Below are positions 1-9,185 of a DNA stretch of 64,000 bases, piece after piece (within the stretch, counting starts at the first letter, position 1; each line of letters opens with the position of its first letter). The notes under the pieces were generated by a model, which was not told the DNA's origin, did no database searches, and saw only the letters and a program-made list of their open reading frames with translations. Source of the stretch: Candidatus Bathyarchaeota archaeon. Its GTDB lineage: Archaea; Thermoproteota; Bathyarchaeia; 40CM-2-53-6. Made by a program: the position numbers and the translations under genes. The stretch is taken from contig CAWJRR010000008.1 in assembly GCA_963845275.1 (NCBI GenBank), positions 3,129 through 67,128 on the forward strand. Reading direction: 5' to 3'.

Positions 1-936
1 TCAAATGCACCCTTTATTGTTACTTTTCCCAGTTCACAGGTTATTGATGCAACAGCTTTTGCCTCAAAGGTTGACTTCACTACCGGAACGGAACCTAATA
101 ATGTTGCCATTGGTGACATAGATGGCGATGGCAAACCTGATCTGGTTGTTACAAATTCTGGCAGCAATACTGTTTCGGTCTACAGGAACATAAGCACCTC
201 CGGCTCCATTACAGCCGGTTCATTCGATGACCAAGGTTGACTTTACCACAGGATCATATCCACAGGGTGTTGCTCATTGGTGACATTGATGGAGACGGCA
301 AACCTGATTTAGTCGTTACAAATTATAACAGCAATACTGTTTCTGTCTACAGGAACACCAGCACTTCCGGTTCTATTACAACAAGCTCATTCGCTGCCAA
401 GGTTGACTTCACAACCGGATCGAATCCACAGGGTGTTGCTCATTGGTGACGTTGATGGAGACGGCAAACCTGATTTAGTTGTTACAAATGAAGGTAGCAA
501 TACGGTTTCAGTCTTCAGGAACACAAGCACATCAGGCTCCATTACAGCAAGTTCATTCGCTGCCAATGTTGACTTCACCACAGGAACGAATCCATTATGG
601 TATTGCCATTGGTGACATTGATGGAGACGGAAAACCGGATTTAGTTGTTACAAACTATGCAAGCAATACGGTTTCCGTCTACAGGAACACAAGTACCTCC
701 GGTTCTATTACATCAGGCTCATTCGCTACCAATATTGACTTCACCACAGGAACGAATCCAATTGGTATTGCCATTGGTGACATCGATGGCGATGGCAAAC
801 CTGATTTAGCTGTTACAAATGCAGGTAGCAATACGGTTTCGATATACATGAACACCAGCACCTCAGGTTCTATTACATCAGGCTCATTCGCTACCAATGT
901 TGACTTCACTACAGGATCGAATCCTTATAGTGTTGC
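1..936 (+). pseudogene. FG-GAP/VCBS-type repeat protein; cut by the window edge at its 5' end, multiply frameshifted, 3'-truncated
   Basis: There are about five 55-aa units with GD(I/V)[36 protein letters not shown]. Unit starts (GGTGAC) at 112, 279, 445, 611 and 776 give spacings of 167/166/166/165 nt, so frame is lost in the first three units. ORFs 237-449, 403-615 and 479-1108 are the same gene in different frames. The repeat consensus stops abruptly near 936. Confidence 0.8.
112..936. repeat. Tandem ~166-bp coding repeat (FG-GAP units)
   Basis: Near-identical GGTGACATTGATGGAGACGGCAAACCTGATTTAGTTGTTACAAA cores recur at 112, 279, 445, 611 and 776. Confidence 0.85.
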
Positions 937-1608
937 CAGAGCGTTCACCAGGCCCCATGTTCCAGCGGCAATTAAGAAGAATCTTCCTCGCTTCTTCCAA
1001 TTTGGAAGTCCCGCAAGCATTGCGAATATCATAATGCCTGGGATAAATTTCGTTAGCACCGCCATTGCTAGACCGAACGCGCTTTTGTCATACCGCTTCT
1101 CGAGGTAATACCATATGGATAGGGTGGAGAAGAATGCTACCACAATGTCCCAGTTGTAGAACCCGTAAACTAGGAAAGTAAGCGTAGTTAAAATGTACAA
1201 ATAGATTCGAAACGTTGACAGACGGAGCTTGATACACATCTTGTACAGGAGATAGAGCGTTCCTATCATGAACGGATATTCCAGGACGGTCATCGTAACA
1301 ACGAAGGTGTTGTACTGGTCTATGACGACCGGAAGGTATGTTGAGACAGCTTGGCTGAGGATGATTAAAGCTCCTATTACCTGTGGATATTCGAGTTCAT
1401 ACTGAACGTACGGCACCTGAAGGTTGTGGTGTCCTTGGTAAACATCTCTTATCCAGAGGTAGCCGACATCACTGTAGAAGTTGGGAACCATTAAGGGAAT
1501 TTTCACGAGGGAAGTGAAGACCCATAGCGACGAAGCAACGACGAGCATTAGCTTGAAGTATTCGTCCTTGCTCAGCAAGGCCAGGAAGCTATTTCCTGTA
1601 CTCTTCAT
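925..1608 (-). CDS. Polytopic membrane protein, DUF2029/GT-C glycosyltransferase-like, probably C-terminally truncated
   Basis: 227-aa ORF with multiple hydrophobic helices and a YELEYPQVIG motif resembling the F.YPP loop of GT87/DUF2029 proteins. It is about half the length of the two paralog-like genes at 2500-3801 and 5159-6418. Its last codons are read from FG-GAP repeat sequence. Confidence 0.5.
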   Translation of the reverse strand: MKSTGNSFLALLSKDEYFKLMLVVASSLWVFTSLVKIPLMVPNFYSDVGYLWIRDVYQGHHNLQVPYVQYELEYPQVIGALIILSQAVSTYLPVVIDQYNTFVVTMTVLEYPFMIGTLYLLYKMCIKLRLSTFRIYLYILTTLTFLVYGFYNWDIVVAFFSTLSIWYYLEKRYDKSAFGLAMAVLTKFIPGIMIFAMLAGLPNWKKRGRFFLIAAGTWGLVNALATL

Positions 1609-1706
1609 TCAGGTTTAACCGAAGGTGCTGAGTGTGCGATTGTCTTTAGAATCTTTTCCCCGGTACCCATTTAAGTGGACGCATGCAATGACCACGTGAT
1701 TCTCGT

Positions 1707-2543
1707 TTGAGAATGAAGATCCTAACCATATTTTTCATCGCCTACGTAATCGCGTTAAGTTTCATCCCGCTCGTTCACCAATTGTTCATTGCTCAAAGTT
1801 CATGGCTAGGATATGGCACAGGGGCCTACGCTTACCAGAGCCCCACATACTTCGTACTATTCAACGACCCGTACGATGGTAGCAGTAAGCCAAACATTCA
1901 TGTGAATCCGTCTTTCGCGCCTAACGAGCGCATCAGTATCGTTGAATTCAGCGATTGGACGAGTTACGTTGACGGTTTCAACCTATTCAATGACTTCAAC
2001 GTAACAATACGCGCGTCCGGTGATGGAAAGACTTTGGACGCCACGTACACGAGGCCAGGACTTGTTTTGCACAAGATGATTGAACTCTCCGCCGACACGG
2101 TCCAAGTGAAGATGATTGCAAACAAGGAAGTTAATGCGCACGTGGAATTATGGAAGTGGATAATGACCTCCGTGAACAACTTTACGATCGCTACCGCACC
2201 GAAGCCAATGGTGATCCCAACTTCTACAAGCATCAACTTCACGTTCAATGATCAATCCTTGAACGCGACAGGAGTCGGACAGATTTCATTATCTCGAATT
2301 CCAACACAGATTGAAGTGTGGCCGTTCGAGAACGGATTCAACCGGGTGACTGTGGATTTCATAAATAGTGAGATGACCTTCGCAGTCTCAGGTACAATTA
2401 CTGAACCAGGCCAAGTAAGCTGGAGTTACGGTGACTTACCCTTTGTGTTGCCGGTAATCGCCATCATTACGGTCACCGGATACCTGCTGGTCGAACGCCA
2501 TGGACAAAAGGATAAAGATCGTACTAGCCGCTCTCATAGTTAG
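1707..2543 (+). CDS. Hypothetical envelope protein (N-terminal signal/anchor, C-terminal TM helix plus charged tail)
   Basis: 278-aa ORF. N-terminus is MRMKILTIFFIAYVIALSFIPLV. C-terminus is LPFVLPVIAIITVTGYLLVERHGQKDKDR. Confidence 0.5.
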   Translation: MRMKILTIFFIAYVIALSFIPLVHQLFIAQSSWLGYGTGAYAYQSPTYFVLFNDPYDGSSKPNIHVNPSFAPNERISIVEFSDWTSYVDGFNLFNDFNVTIRASGDGKTLDATYTRPGLVLHKMIELSADTVQVKMIANKEVNAHVELWKWIMTSVNNFTIATAPKPMVIPTSTSINFTFNDQSLNATGVGQISLSRIPTQIEVWPFENGFNRVTVDFINSEMTFAVSGTITEPGQVSWSYGDLPFVLPVIAIITVTGYLLVERHGQKDKDRTSRSHS

Positions 2544-3801
2544 AGTGGTCATCGCGCCATTCTTCATGCACGCGGGTGATTTGGGCACAATTTTCGAATC
2601 AAGCGCAATAGCGTTGAATGGCGGCAACCTGTACAATTTCGTGTACCAGCAAACCGTGCAGATGCAGTACGCAACGGGGTTACCGGTCTTCTTCGAAGGG
2701 TATGCATATCACCCTCTACTCATCTACTTCTTTCTCCCATTCTACTGGGTGTATACTTTGATCGCGGGGCCTGGCCCAGCGATCATCGGAGGCCACTTTC
2801 CAAGTCTCCCTGTGCTCGTATACCCGTGGGCCCTGGTCGCGATCTTCGTGCTCAAGATTCCGATCATATTGGCTGATGTTGCCGTCGTGTACATATTATC
2901 AGGGTTCGACATCAAGAAGGCGGAAATTTACGCGTTCTGCCCTTACATTATTTTCATCTCAGTAGTATGGGGAATGTTCGACGCGATCGTCGCAGTTTTC
3001 CTCCTGTTATCATACCTCACTTTCAACAACAAATGTTCGTACGCGCTTTCTGGATTCACTTACGGCCTCAGCCTCATGAAGCTATACACGATCGTTCTTC
3101 TCCCATTGTACGTGGTGAGACTCTGGGGGAAATGGGGGGACCTATGCAAATTCCTGCTCGGATTGTTAGTCACTCTCATACCGGTAGCCTACTACTGGAT
3201 AGTGAGCCCAATCGCCTTCTGGAATGTGCTGGTTGGTTTTCAAGGAAGTCGCGTCATGGGCGGAGTGAACTTGTATAACTTCGTCTGGATCATTCCGGAC
3301 GTTCGCTTTGATCTCCAATTGTCTATGATCCCAACCATTCTGCTGGTATTCAGTGTGGCTGTGATCGTTGTAGCGTATGGTCGACGATTACCATTGCTTG
3401 AAGCCATTCTGGCCGTAATGCTTGTCAGCTTCCTTTTCGGCAAAGTCCTGAATGAACAATTTCTCGTATCCGTATTCCCGCTGATGCTTCTGTGCAAGAA
3501 GTGTGACACTAGACTTTGGATCGCTCCCTTCATTTTCATCTTCTTACGATCCCCCTTCTACTATTTCGCGATCCCGATCTTGTGGAGTAGCCCCTACTTC
3601 TACGACCTCTACTTTCAGGCAGACACAATTTGGCGTAACTTGCAGACCGCAGGCTACCTGACGATACCCATGTACACGGTCGGAGTAGGCTTTTCGCTTC
3701 TACTGTTGTGGAATTTGATTCAAGTTCTAAGCACATCTCGTCCCGCCGGCGGTCCGTTGTCGCGCATTCTCTCTCGTGTATTACGCATTCGGCGCAAGTA
3801 G
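2500..3801 (+). CDS. Polytopic GT-C-fold glycosyltransferase-like membrane protein
   Basis: 433-aa ORF with more than 10 predicted hydrophobic helices and an acidic first-loop motif (HAGDLGTIFES). Its size and architecture match archaeal/bacterial GT-C mannosyltransferase-like proteins. Confidence 0.55.
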   Translation: MDKRIKIVLAALIVRVVIAPFFMHAGDLGTIFESSAIALNGGNLYNFVYQQTVQMQYATGLPVFFEGYAYHPLLIYFFLPFYWVYTLIAGPGPAIIGGHFPSLPVLVYPWALVAIFVLKIPIILADVAVVYILSGFDIKKAEIYAFCPYIIFISVVWGMFDAIVAVFLLLSYLTFNNKCSYALSGFTYGLSLMKLYTIVLLPLYVVRLWGKWGDLCKFLLGLLVTLIPVAYYWIVSPIAFWNVLVGFQGSRVMGGVNLYNFVWIIPDVRFDLQLSMIPTILLVFSVAVIVVAYGRRLPLLEAILAVMLVSFLFGKVLNEQFLVSVFPLMLLCKKCDTRLWIAPFIFIFLRSPFYYFAIPILWSSPYFYDLYFQADTIWRNLQTAGYLTIPMYTVGVGFSLLLLWNLIQVLSTSRPAGGPLSRILSRVLRIRRK

Positions 3802-4349
3802 TCTACGGAGAAGCATGAGACGGCGAAGATTAACACGACAAGCTTCGCGGCGAAGACCACGTTTATAGCGTAAGGGTTAGCAGGCCACCAGTTCACGATA
3901 ATGTCAGGATTCTGCAATCCTTGAACGGCCAATCCTGCAGACCACAGTACGATTTGATAGAGGACCTCGAAGCCGCTTAGCATTACGAAGAACCAGGCGA
4001 GTATGTAGAGTGATTCGAAGAATTGGTCACCGATCCGTAGCATTCTCTGTTTAGAGATGGGCGAATTAAGACCGAAGCAGTATGAGAGGAAGAACATGTA
4101 CATGAAGAGCGTTATTGGCTTCAGTTGCAAAATGCCAAGATCGATTTCCGCGCTGACTAGGCTCTGGCCGAGTACGTATGGTGATGAGGCGCTAAGGGTA
4201 TAGTAGAAGAGGACACCGATGCTCATGAATCCGAACAGGATTGAGAGAATGTTCATCGCGGGTATCCTACGACCTGGGACACCGAAGGGAGGGTAGAGAG
4301 AGAAGGGGCCGGAATCCTCAGGGCCACCTTTGGTAACGCGTCTGTCCAA
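3720..4349 (-). CDS. Hypothetical integral membrane protein
   Basis: 209-aa ORF with about five hydrophobic helices. The true start may be the internal MNILSILFG. It overlaps the 3' end of 2500-3801 in convergent orientation. Confidence 0.4.
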   Translation of the reverse strand: MDRRVTKGGPEDSGPFSLYPPFGVPGRRIPAMNILSILFGFMSIGVLFYYTLSASSPYVLGQSLVSAEIDLGILQLKPITLFMYMFFLSYCFGLNSPISKQRMLRIGDQFFESLYILAWFFVMLSGFEVLYQIVLWSAGLAVQGLQNPDIIVNWWPANPYAINVVFAAKLVVLIFAVSCFSVDYLRRMRNTRERMRDNGPPAGRDVLRT

Positions 4350-4385
4350 GGGGTTTACACGCGGCTCGCTTGGCCTCTGTGCAGT

Positions 4386-5162
4386 TTAAGGATTTAGTCG
4401 GAACTTGATATCCGGTGCAAAAAGCTGCACTATTGCACTCTGAGGCGAGAGAGGAAAGTGGAGACCGTCACGAGACAGAGCAATCCCACTCACATAGGCC
4501 GAATGCCAACCCACGGCTCTCCCTGCCACGCCGAGAACAATGCTGAACGTTAACTTCTCTGGAGTACTCCAGCGCATCATTCGGTACTCATTCGCAATGT
4601 TCAACTTTTCAAAATACCAGGCGCCTGACGGAGTCGGCAGGAACACAATCCTCTGATCAGGCAGGTTCTTGACGCCCTGCAGCTCATCCGAGAGTACGTA
4701 GCTAATGGTGTGAACGCCGTCATTCGTTTCGACAGCTAAAATAACTGAGGTCCCGTTGAAGAGGTCAGGGTCACAGTGGCACTGCTCCTTCAAAGCCCAG
4801 AAACCTATGCTCGCGTTCATCAGCTCAGTCAATCGGGCACCGTCCAGGGTTTGAGATATGCCTGCGTAGGCCCATCGCGATTGTACTCCGCTTTGGAACA
4901 CTCTCAACTCAAGAGCAGACTTACCTTGCAAACTCACCTTGCTAACTCCGACACTATCGCTCGGTCCTTTGACTGCTTCAAGAGTCCATACCACGAGCCT
5001 AGCACCGTCAGGGCCAGTAACCCATAGGTTGAAGTTGGGATCTAAGATTGCGGGCGGCCCTGTGTATGTGCCTTGAAGGTTCAGGAAAGCAAAAGCCGCG
5101 GCAATAATCAGGATTGCTACGGAGATTGGCGCGAAGTAGCGTTTCACTTGCTTTGACTTCAA
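4386..5162 (-). CDS. Hypothetical N-terminally anchored extracytoplasmic protein (last gene of the five-gene operon)
   Basis: The listed ORF 4386-5312 overlaps the upstream gene. A TTG at 5162-5160 overlaps the upstream stop (5161-5159) and is followed by KSKQVKRYFAPISVAILIIAAAFAF (a TM anchor). Confidence 0.5.
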   Translation of the reverse strand: MKSKQVKRYFAPISVAILIIAAAFAFLNLQGTYTGPPAILDPNFNLWVTGPDGARLVVWTLEAVKGPSDSVGVSKVSLQGKSALELRVFQSGVQSRWAYAGISQTLDGARLTELMNASIGFWALKEQCHCDPDLFNGTSVILAVETNDGVHTISYVLSDELQGVKNLPDQRIVFLPTPSGAWYFEKLNIANEYRMMRWSTPEKLTFSIVLGVAGRAVGWHSAYVSGIALSRDGLHFPLSPQSAIVQLFAPDIKFRLNP

Positions 5163-6418
5163 CCAGGTCGCCTCGATTTCATGGACGAGCGGGGTCTTGA
5201 CTCTGCGCTGTACCAGAGGAGGAGAGAGACGAGCATGAGAGGCATCCAGTAAATTACGTAGCTCGTGAGCGCTCTGAAGGAAAACCAGAGAATGATTCCT
5301 GGAAAGATCCACAGCATGTATCGGAGCTTATCGAAGTAGATGTAATAATTGCCAACGAGCACGATCAACACGCCAATTGCTAAAATTGAGTAAAACACTC
5401 TACCAACACTGATGAGTCCGACCTGGGAGAGAACTGCTGGACCCTGGCTGAGAATAACCAAGTCCGACGTGATTGGCGTAATGACATTCCTGAACCAGTC
5501 AGCTGGGTTGGCATAAGCGAACGGCAAGTTCACGAGCAGGAAAAGCCCGGCAGCTGGACCAAAGAAGGAAGCGATTCTGCGGAGCTTGATTCGCCAGTCC
5601 CCGGGGGTAACGCGAATGAGGTAGATTATGAGGAAAGGCGCTAGAAGCCAAGGTGGCTGCTTGAACGCGCATGCGATACCGTAGAAGAACCCTGAAACCA
5701 CCTGCCGCTTATCCAGCGTGTAGGCCGCGCACATCAAGGGCAGAACCCAAAGCATGTCGGATACGCTCGAGGCGGTGAAATTAATCAGAAGATCTGCTCC
5801 AGCGAATAGTGGAAGGATCAGCATTGGCCTAAGGTTGACAGGCGCTTTCAAGTAAAGCAGTAGAATCGCAGCTACCTCGAATATGACGAGAACCCACCTC
5901 ATGTCCCTTAAGCCTGCTAACACGAATGGTACGAAGACTAAGAAGTGGAGCGACGGGTACTGGAATGTTGCTAAGTAGCCTCCGGTGGTCAAAGGAGTTA
6001 GATCGGACGGTTGCACGGCAAACATCGCGAGAGCCGGCGTCAGGTCATGCGTGTAAGGATTCAATCCCTTCGTAACGAGAATCGCCGCGTACTGACTAAA
6101 CGCCAACACATCCGTCCTGTATGATCCTCGATACGCGATCTCCGCAACCACATACACGCTCGTGATTATCGAGAGAAGAAGCGGGATCAGCGAGAAATCC
6201 TTGAACTTGAACACGGTCTTGGTAGGCATGAGTGATAATGCGATTATGAATAGTGAGACGCCGTACAACAACAAGGTTAGTACTGCGACTTCAGGGTGAA
6301 TGTCAGCCCTGCCGCGATTCCAATCCTGAAAACCCTCGTAGAGTGCAAACTGACCAACGAAAAGAAATGAGAGGCGTAAGATGAATGATTCGTATCGCAC
6401 TCGACTGAATGAGCTCAC
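5159..6418 (-). CDS. DUF2029/GT87-like polytopic glycosyltransferase-like membrane protein
   Basis: 419-aa ORF containing KGLNPYTHDL....FQYPSLHFLVF, which matches the G.N.Y ... F.YPP pattern of GT87/DUF2029. It has many TM helices. Confidence 0.6.
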   Translation of the reverse strand: MSSFSRVRYESFILRLSFLFVGQFALYEGFQDWNRGRADIHPEVAVLTLLLYGVSLFIIALSLMPTKTVFKFKDFSLIPLLLSIITSVYVVAEIAYRGSYRTDVLAFSQYAAILVTKGLNPYTHDLTPALAMFAVQPSDLTPLTTGGYLATFQYPSLHFLVFVPFVLAGLRDMRWVLVIFEVAAILLLYLKAPVNLRPMLILPLFAGADLLINFTASSVSDMLWVLPLMCAAYTLDKRQVVSGFFYGIACAFKQPPWLLAPFLIIYLIRVTPGDWRIKLRRIASFFGPAAGLFLLVNLPFAYANPADWFRNVITPITSDLVILSQGPAVLSQVGLISVGRVFYSILAIGVLIVLVGNYYIYFDKLRYMLWIFPGIILWFSFRALTSYVIYWMPLMLVSLLLWYSAESRPRSSMKSRRPG

Positions 6419-6433
6419 TTTTCTATTGCATCC

Positions 6434-7156
6434 TCACTTCCCAGTTCCATTGGTCCTGCCTCGACGCCGCCGTTTGATCTTGTAAACTAGAAATTCCAGA
6501 ATGGGAAAGTTGAGGAAGATTACGAGGACGAGCGCAACTGTCACCCAAGCTGCGACAACGATGCTCTCACTCCGACCAGGATGAAAGAAAGGTTGAGGAG
6601 ACATTACACGCCTGACTTGCTGAGACACGCCGTTCCCAACTATTATGTCTCGCCAGATCGTTCCACCGTTAGCTAAGTTATTGATCTCGAAGGTAGTCGT
6701 ACCGTTTCCACCCGACATCAACCAAACGTAGATCTGCGGCATCGAAAGATCCACGTCGAACACAACATCGGCGTACACTTCAGAATAGCGAAAGTCCAGA
6801 AGCCCCTTGTAGAAGCTCATCAGATCGCCGTGTCGGACAATAGTCTGATTGTACACCTGATCTTGCCATGGAAGCTTTCGGCCAACATCCAAAGCGTAGT
6901 CAATGTATTTTCCAGTAAACCAGCCACTTGCGAGAACAGTCCCAATCCTGATCCCGTTTGAGTTGGTGCCGTTCAAGTCGTCAAACAGAACCCGGCCCCA
7001 GTCTGATGTTGACTGGATGATGATCCGCATCGGCTCCGTCTCCTGCCATTCTGCTGGAAGCAGTTGGCCGGATACGGGTGAAACGCCGTTGCTAGCCGTG
7101 ATGAATGAGGCGGAGAGTAAGGTGAGTATGACGATTCCGACAAGTCGCCTCTGCAA
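6434..7156 (-). CDS. Secreted protein with C-terminal TM helix and Arg-rich tail (candidate sortase-type substrate)
   Basis: 240-aa ORF. Signal peptide is MQRRLVGIVILTLLSASFITASNG. C-terminus is IVVAAWVTVALVLVIFLNFPILEFLVYKIKRRRRGR. Confidence 0.55.
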   Translation of the reverse strand: MQRRLVGIVILTLLSASFITASNGVSPVSGQLLPAEWQETEPMRIIIQSTSDWGRVLFDDLNGTNSNGIRIGTVLASGWFTGKYIDYALDVGRKLPWQDQVYNQTIVRHGDLMSFYKGLLDFRYSEVYADVVFDVDLSMPQIYVWLMSGGNGTTTFEINNLANGGTIWRDIIVGNGVSQQVRRVMSPQPFFHPGRSESIVVAAWVTVALVLVIFLNFPILEFLVYKIKRRRRGRTNGTGK

Positions 7157-7157
7157 G

Positions 7158-8216
7158 TTAATGGCCTCCCGTCGACTTCACTTTTCTTCTCGCCTTGGGC
7201 GTCGATTCTTTCTTCGGCTTCTTTCCCTGACCAGCTCTGGGAGCTATTCTATCCTCAATCTCCAGTATTAACACTAGGAATACGACTATCCAGATTGGAA
7301 AGAGCACCTCACCGATCGCGTTATGAAACGCGTCAAGTTGTTGTCCGCTCGTTGCGTACACGTAGCCGTAGTATGAAATTGTGAAAATTCTTACCACGTT
7401 GAGTAGTATCGTGCCTGCGATTCCAACCGCGGCGTAAATGATCTTCCGCAGCAGGGGAGCTTGCAGCTTCGCTGCGATAACGATCATCACCACTGAGTAG
7501 ATCAGGATGCTCTGTACACCAACGCTGGGCCAGTAGACAACCAGTCGGTAGTAACCGTGCAAGCCATTAATTGTTAGGTGATTCGTGTATCCGTAAATGG
7601 GGAGACCGAACACTTTCGCTAAGAGCGCAACGCCTGCCACGATGAAGTTCGCCCAAAACTGTAATGGACCTAGCGACCCGTAGGGGAAGAAAGCGTCGAG
7701 CATGTAGAAAACCAACATTCCGAGTGAAAAGACGATTGGGGTAATTATACGACGAATCGTCCCCAGATCAAAGAGCACTGTCGTTAGGATGGTGAGGTAG
7801 ATGCTCATGGCAATGTAGTCGGTCGCCATCAGGAAACTGTTACTTACCTCACCTGACGCACCCAATGATTTGCCGACGGAGTAGATGAAATCTGTCACCT
7901 CTTGACCTAGGCCGACTTGAACAAAGTAGACGGTTGCCCCAAGTACGGTAAGTGCGACCGCAACCTTACGCATCCTGGTCCAATGAATCTTGCCATTCTT
8001 GAAATCTAACAGGTCGAAGCCGAGGAAGAACAATACGAAGAATAGGCCGCCTCTACCTAGCTTCCCGAACCCCGCCCAGCTTAGCTCGAAGGTTTGCGGA
8101 GCGACCATGAAGAGGAATAGGATTGGCACCGCGACCAGGATTAGGAGAACATCACGGCCGCTGATTCGCCGCAGACTCTTCACTAGGTCACTAGTTGTCT
8201 TCGGCAGGGGAGACAT
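7158..8216 (-). CDS. Exosortase/archaeosortase-family polytopic protein; Ser at the position where the catalytic Cys is expected
   Basis: 352-aa ORF with about eight TM helices. VYWPSVGVQSILIY lines up with the family's ..CSG..S motif, and it is followed by LLNVVRIFTISYYG (conserved Arg) and FHNAIGEVLFPIW (conserved His). Confidence 0.6.
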   Translation of the reverse strand: MSPLPKTTSDLVKSLRRISGRDVLLILVAVPILFLFMVAPQTFELSWAGFGKLGRGGLFFVLFFLGFDLLDFKNGKIHWTRMRKVAVALTVLGATVYFVQVGLGQEVTDFIYSVGKSLGASGEVSNSFLMATDYIAMSIYLTILTTVLFDLGTIRRIITPIVFSLGMLVFYMLDAFFPYGSLGPLQFWANFIVAGVALLAKVFGLPIYGYTNHLTINGLHGYYRLVVYWPSVGVQSILIYSVVMIVIAAKLQAPLLRKIIYAAVGIAGTILLNVVRIFTISYYGYVYATSGQQLDAFHNAIGEVLFPIWIVVFLVLILEIEDRIAPRAGQGKKPKKESTPKARRKVKSTGGH

Positions 8217-8226
8217 TCACAGTTAC

Positions 8227-8973
8227 CTAGAAGACACGATCTTTTGGATAGACCTCTATTCCTGATGGGCCTATTTGATACGGACGAAGTTGAGTATCAT
8301 GCCCAATTCCCCTCATCTTCTCCACCTGTAACGCACGTATCACATTCCCCTCATGCACCATCGTATGCAACAGGACTACGCCCTGAGACAGGTACTCCTC
8401 AATCTGAAACCGCCTCGCTAGCTCCGATGTCCGCAACTCACTCGTGACGAGGCAGGAGCATCCCGTTGACTCCAGCGCATCGAAGAAGAGGAGTAAAGAT
8501 CGCCTACGCTTCGGCTCCTCCGGGTAACGCAGCATTAGGGAAGTGATCGGGTCAACGGCTATTCGTTGAATGTCTTCCTCCGTCGCGATCCGTCGAATCG
8601 TTCGAGCTAACGAGCCTAATGTTAATTCAGGAAGAACTAGCTCAACCCCCTTCTCAGACGACACCCGAGTATCAACCTTAGGTCCCGGCCTCTTCAACGG
8701 TGTCGCATCAATCAACGTAAGCGTTCCATCATGCTCTAGGGCTTCAAGGTTCCAGTTGAAGCCAGACAAGTCGCCTTTAACCCTCTCAGGCTTCTCATCA
8801 AGAGAAACATACAAGCCCGATTGACCGGACTTTGCTCCATTCGCTAAGAATTGCATTGCAAAAGTTGTCTTCCCCGAGCCCGGACTTCCCACGACCAGGA
8901 TGGTTCTACCCTTAGGCAAGCCCCCGTGCAATATCTCGTCGAGTCCTTTGATTCCGGTAGGAGTCTGCTCCAA
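8227..8973 (-). CDS. KaiC/RecA-superfamily single-domain ATPase
   Basis: 248-aa ORF. It has GIKGLDEILHGGLPKGRTILVVGSPGSGKTTFAMQFL (Walker A) and a hydrophobic strand plus acidic Walker B-like segment (IQRIAVDPITS). Confidence 0.8.
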   Translation of the reverse strand: MEQTPTGIKGLDEILHGGLPKGRTILVVGSPGSGKTTFAMQFLANGAKSGQSGLYVSLDEKPERVKGDLSGFNWNLEALEHDGTLTLIDATPLKRPGPKVDTRVSSEKGVELVLPELTLGSLARTIRRIATEEDIQRIAVDPITSLMLRYPEEPKRRRSLLLFFDALESTGCSCLVTSELRTSELARRFQIEEYLSQGVVLLHTMVHEGNVIRALQVEKMRGIGHDTQLRPYQIGPSGIEVYPKDRVF

Positions 8974-9185
8974 ACCTGCTAACCCACACTTTGTGACGTG
9001 TAGCGGAGCCCATTAATTAGGTATAGTCTCAAAACGAGAATTAGCATCATGAAATTTGACTCTGTAACGCTCTATGCGGATGTTCGTATTAGCGACTTTT
9101 CGGTAGATTCTCCCCTTCCTAACTAGGCCTTGATACTGAATTAATACAGGACGAAACGTATGCTAAGACTACGAGTGTAAGGTAA

